This document shows, piece by piece, positions 13,349-14,893 of a DNA stretch of 14,893 nucleotides; the first letter of the stretch is position 1, and every line of letters starts with the position of its first letter. Below the pieces are notes generated by a model that saw nothing but the letters and a program-made list of their open reading frames with translations, was not told where the DNA came from and searched no databases. A program made the position numbers and the translations under genes. Origin of the DNA: a virus. The stretch lies in IMG/VR virus record IMGVR_UViG_3300011738_000001; one strand, written 5' to 3'.

Positions 13349-13914
13349 AGCGACTCGACATCAATGAACGGCGCAAGTAGAGCCTGGACACGATTGACGA
13401 GGCTTCTGCCCATACGGTACGGAGTTGGTGCAAAGTCCACGCCCTCTATCTGCCCACCTGCTGCGGTACGTGATTGGAATACTTCAACGCTTACTACATA
13501 AACTGCGGACTCTATTGCGTCGTTGCCTACATAAGTAGAAGCTCCCGATAGGGTGGCTAGACCACTTGGAATTACGTTTGCTTCGTTAATATCGGCGTTT
13601 GTGATCGCAGCAGCAAACGAATACTCGCCTAAATTATCATCATCTAAGATCGTGCGAGTGCCATTGTAAGGTGAGCCACAACCTGTAATAACTACTGATT
13701 GACCAGCGCTAAATACGTTCTCGCCAAGAGTAGTAAAGATTGCTACGTTATCTGAAAGTTTAGTACTCCCGATTGGGGCAGCATATTTTTCTAGCATAGG
13801 CAGAATAACGGCCTCAGCTGTATCTATTATTTGATCTAAATATGCGTCATTGTAAAGTGATGAGGATACGCCAAGAACAGATCGCAGCTGAGTGGCTGTG
13901 ATTATTGAAGGCAT
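13339..13914 (-). CDS. Head-tail adaptor (gp6-like), unusually long
   Basis: 191 aa, the first gene after the capsid gene. The N-terminal ITATQLRSVLGV...DAYLDQIIDTAEAVILPML resembles the gp6-like connector family. The C-terminal RVQALLAPF is typical of adaptor C-termini. AAGGAG lies 5 nt upstream of the ATG. Confidence 0.5.
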   Translation of the reverse strand: MPSIITATQLRSVLGVSSSLYNDAYLDQIIDTAEAVILPMLEKYAAPIGSTKLSDNVAIFTTLGENVFSAGQSVVITGCGSPYNGTRTILDDDNLGEYSFAAAITNADINEANVIPSGLATLSGASTYVGNDAIESAVYVVSVEVFQSRTAAGGQIEGVDFAPTPYRMGRSLVNRVQALLAPFIDVESLCQ

Positions 13915-13929
13915 ATCTACTCCTTTAAT

Positions 13930-13965
13930 GAGAGGTGAGCGCTCGGGAGAACACGCCCACCCCTC
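13930..13965 (-). promoter_or_regulatory. 12-bp hairpin immediately downstream of the capsid gene (mRNA stabiliser or attenuating terminator)
   Basis: On the minus strand, GAGGGGTGGGCG pairs with CGCTCACCTCTC around a 12-nt loop. Two of the pairs are G-U, so they are A-C mismatches in the plus-sense fold. No U-tract follows. Confidence 0.5.
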
Positions 13966-13985
13966 GATCTAGTTTGTGTTACTTA

Positions 13986-14893
13986 TCAGGTTAGGTTGAA
14001 CCAGTTTGCGCCAGCAGCGATCTTGGTTGCTAGTGCGCCATATCCGTAGTATGAAACCTCGATCTGACCATTTAGGGCAACGTTGGTTTGTAGGCGAATA
14101 CGTGGAGATTCGTACCAGGTGTAAGCGTCTGGGTTTACTACGACCATTGAATAGTCAGCAGTACCAACACCGCCTGAACCTGTAAAGTTACGATCTACAT
14201 ACAGATCCAAACCTAATACGTTTCCGCGTAGGCTTGTTGGGCTTACGGCACCAGCAGCGTTTTGTGGCTGTGAGGCTGTGTAGATTGGACGACCTGCGTC
14301 GTTGTATCCCATAATGTTTGCCCATTGGTCAGGTGTAACTACCAAGTTACGAGCAAAGCCAAGAGAAGCTGCATAAACGGCAGCTGAGGCACTTGCTACA
14401 TAAGCAACAATACCCTCTTTGTCATTGTCTTGAGCGCTTGCGTTTAGAGTTCCGTCAATTTGGATCTTGTTTGCTACGAAAGCGTCTGTGGCTTTTGCAT
14501 ATGCAAACTCCATTTGCTTTACCAATTCAGTAAAAAATACTGGGTTGGAGCGATCTAGTAATTCTACTGAAAAAGTCTGTCCGCCTGCATACTTGTTTAC
14601 GTTTACAGTTATGAAAGAGTTTGTCATACCTGTTTCGCCAATTGCATCAGCTTCGTTTACGTCTGCAACAGTTGGTACTGCTGTAATCTTTGGAATCTCA
14701 AAGCTCATACCTGCGTCAGGTAGTGCGCCTGTTGAAATAGCAGAAATCATTGGCCTATCAGCGTTTGATAATGGGTTAATAATCTCTGTTAGCTGACGTG
14801 TTGGGATCAAGCCTGAGTTATTGCTTGTGGTGTCATCAGCAAACGCTACGAATTGGCGAGAATCCTCGTTACCCAACTTTGCGCGTACTGAGT
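13986..14893 (-). CDS. Major capsid protein domain (HK97 fold), C-terminal part of the protease-capsid fusion ORF
   Basis: Motifs such as FEIPKITAVPTV and FITVNVNKYAGGQTFSVELLDRSNP..F.ELVKQM.FAYAKATD fit the Phage_capsid (HK97-like) pattern. The ORF is open to the window edge. The start at 14876 in the track is a TTG that is internal to the longer ORF reading in from 693->1. Confidence 0.85.
   Translation of the reverse strand, partial: SVRAKLGNEDSRQFVAFADDTTSNNSGLIPTRQLTEIINPLSNADRPMISAISTGALPDAGMSFEIPKITAVPTVADVNEADAIGETGMTNSFITVNVNKYAGGQTFSVELLDRSNPVFFTELVKQMEFAYAKATDAFVANKIQIDGTLNASAQDNDKEGIVAYVASASAAVYAASLGFARNLVVTPDQWANIMGYNDAGRPIYTASQPQNAAGAVSPTSLRGNVLGLDLYVDRNFTGSGGVGTADYSMVVVNPDAYTWYESPRIRLQTNVALNGQIEVSYYGYGALATKIAAGANWFNLT
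14817..14893. repeat. Terminal direct overlap, copy 2 (identical to 1-77)
   Basis: Same comparison as copy 1. The capsid ORF reads straight through this segment in frame. Confidence 0.97.

Noticed and set aside
12580-14796. Plus-strand ORFs 12580-12825 and 14467-14796
   Set aside because: They lie antisense to the major tail and major capsid genes. These are shadow ORFs.
1-14893. Looked for tRNA/rRNA genes, CRISPR arrays, integrase/attP, a repressor/Cro switch, toxin-antitoxin pairs and known defence or anti-defence cassettes
   Set aside because: I saw no cloverleaf-like or repeat-spacer structures. No tyrosine or serine recombinase motifs or HTH repressor-like ORFs were recognisable. All space is accounted for by the single-strand phage gene set. 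Sensitive profile searches could still reveal remote homologies that I cannot detect by eye.

Overview
The window appears to be a complete, circularly closed genome of a very small tailed (siphovirus-type) phage. Bases 1-77 are identical to bases 14817-14893, so the unique length is 14,816 bp. All credible genes lie on the minus strand, and many are joined by ATGA or TAATG stop/start overlaps. Reading in the direction of transcription (descending coordinates), there are two modules. (1) An early module at 5757->4126 encodes a small membrane protein, a Rad52-like annealase, a DnaJ-type zinc-finger protein, micro-ORFs and a PD-(D/E)xK nuclease-like protein. (2) After a GC-rich structured gap at 3968-4125 comes a long late module. 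It encodes an SLT/lysozyme-like protein, an HNH endonuclease, the large terminase, the portal and a prohead protease fused in frame to the major capsid protein. That fusion ORF runs through the contig junction (693->1, then 14816->13986). The late module continues with head-tail adaptor, tail terminator-like protein, major tail protein, a tail assembly chaperone with a candidate -1 frameshift, an HK97 gp10-like protein, tape measure, two minor tail/fibre proteins, an M23 endolysin, an acidic overlapping ORF, two small membrane (holin-like) proteins and a metallophosphoesterase. It ends at a hairpin at 5884-5909. I found no polymerase, primase, helicase, initiator, integrase, repressor, small terminase, tRNA or CRISPR array. 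All family assignments come from motifs I recognise by eye, not from searches. Plus-strand ORFs in the track look like antisense shadows.
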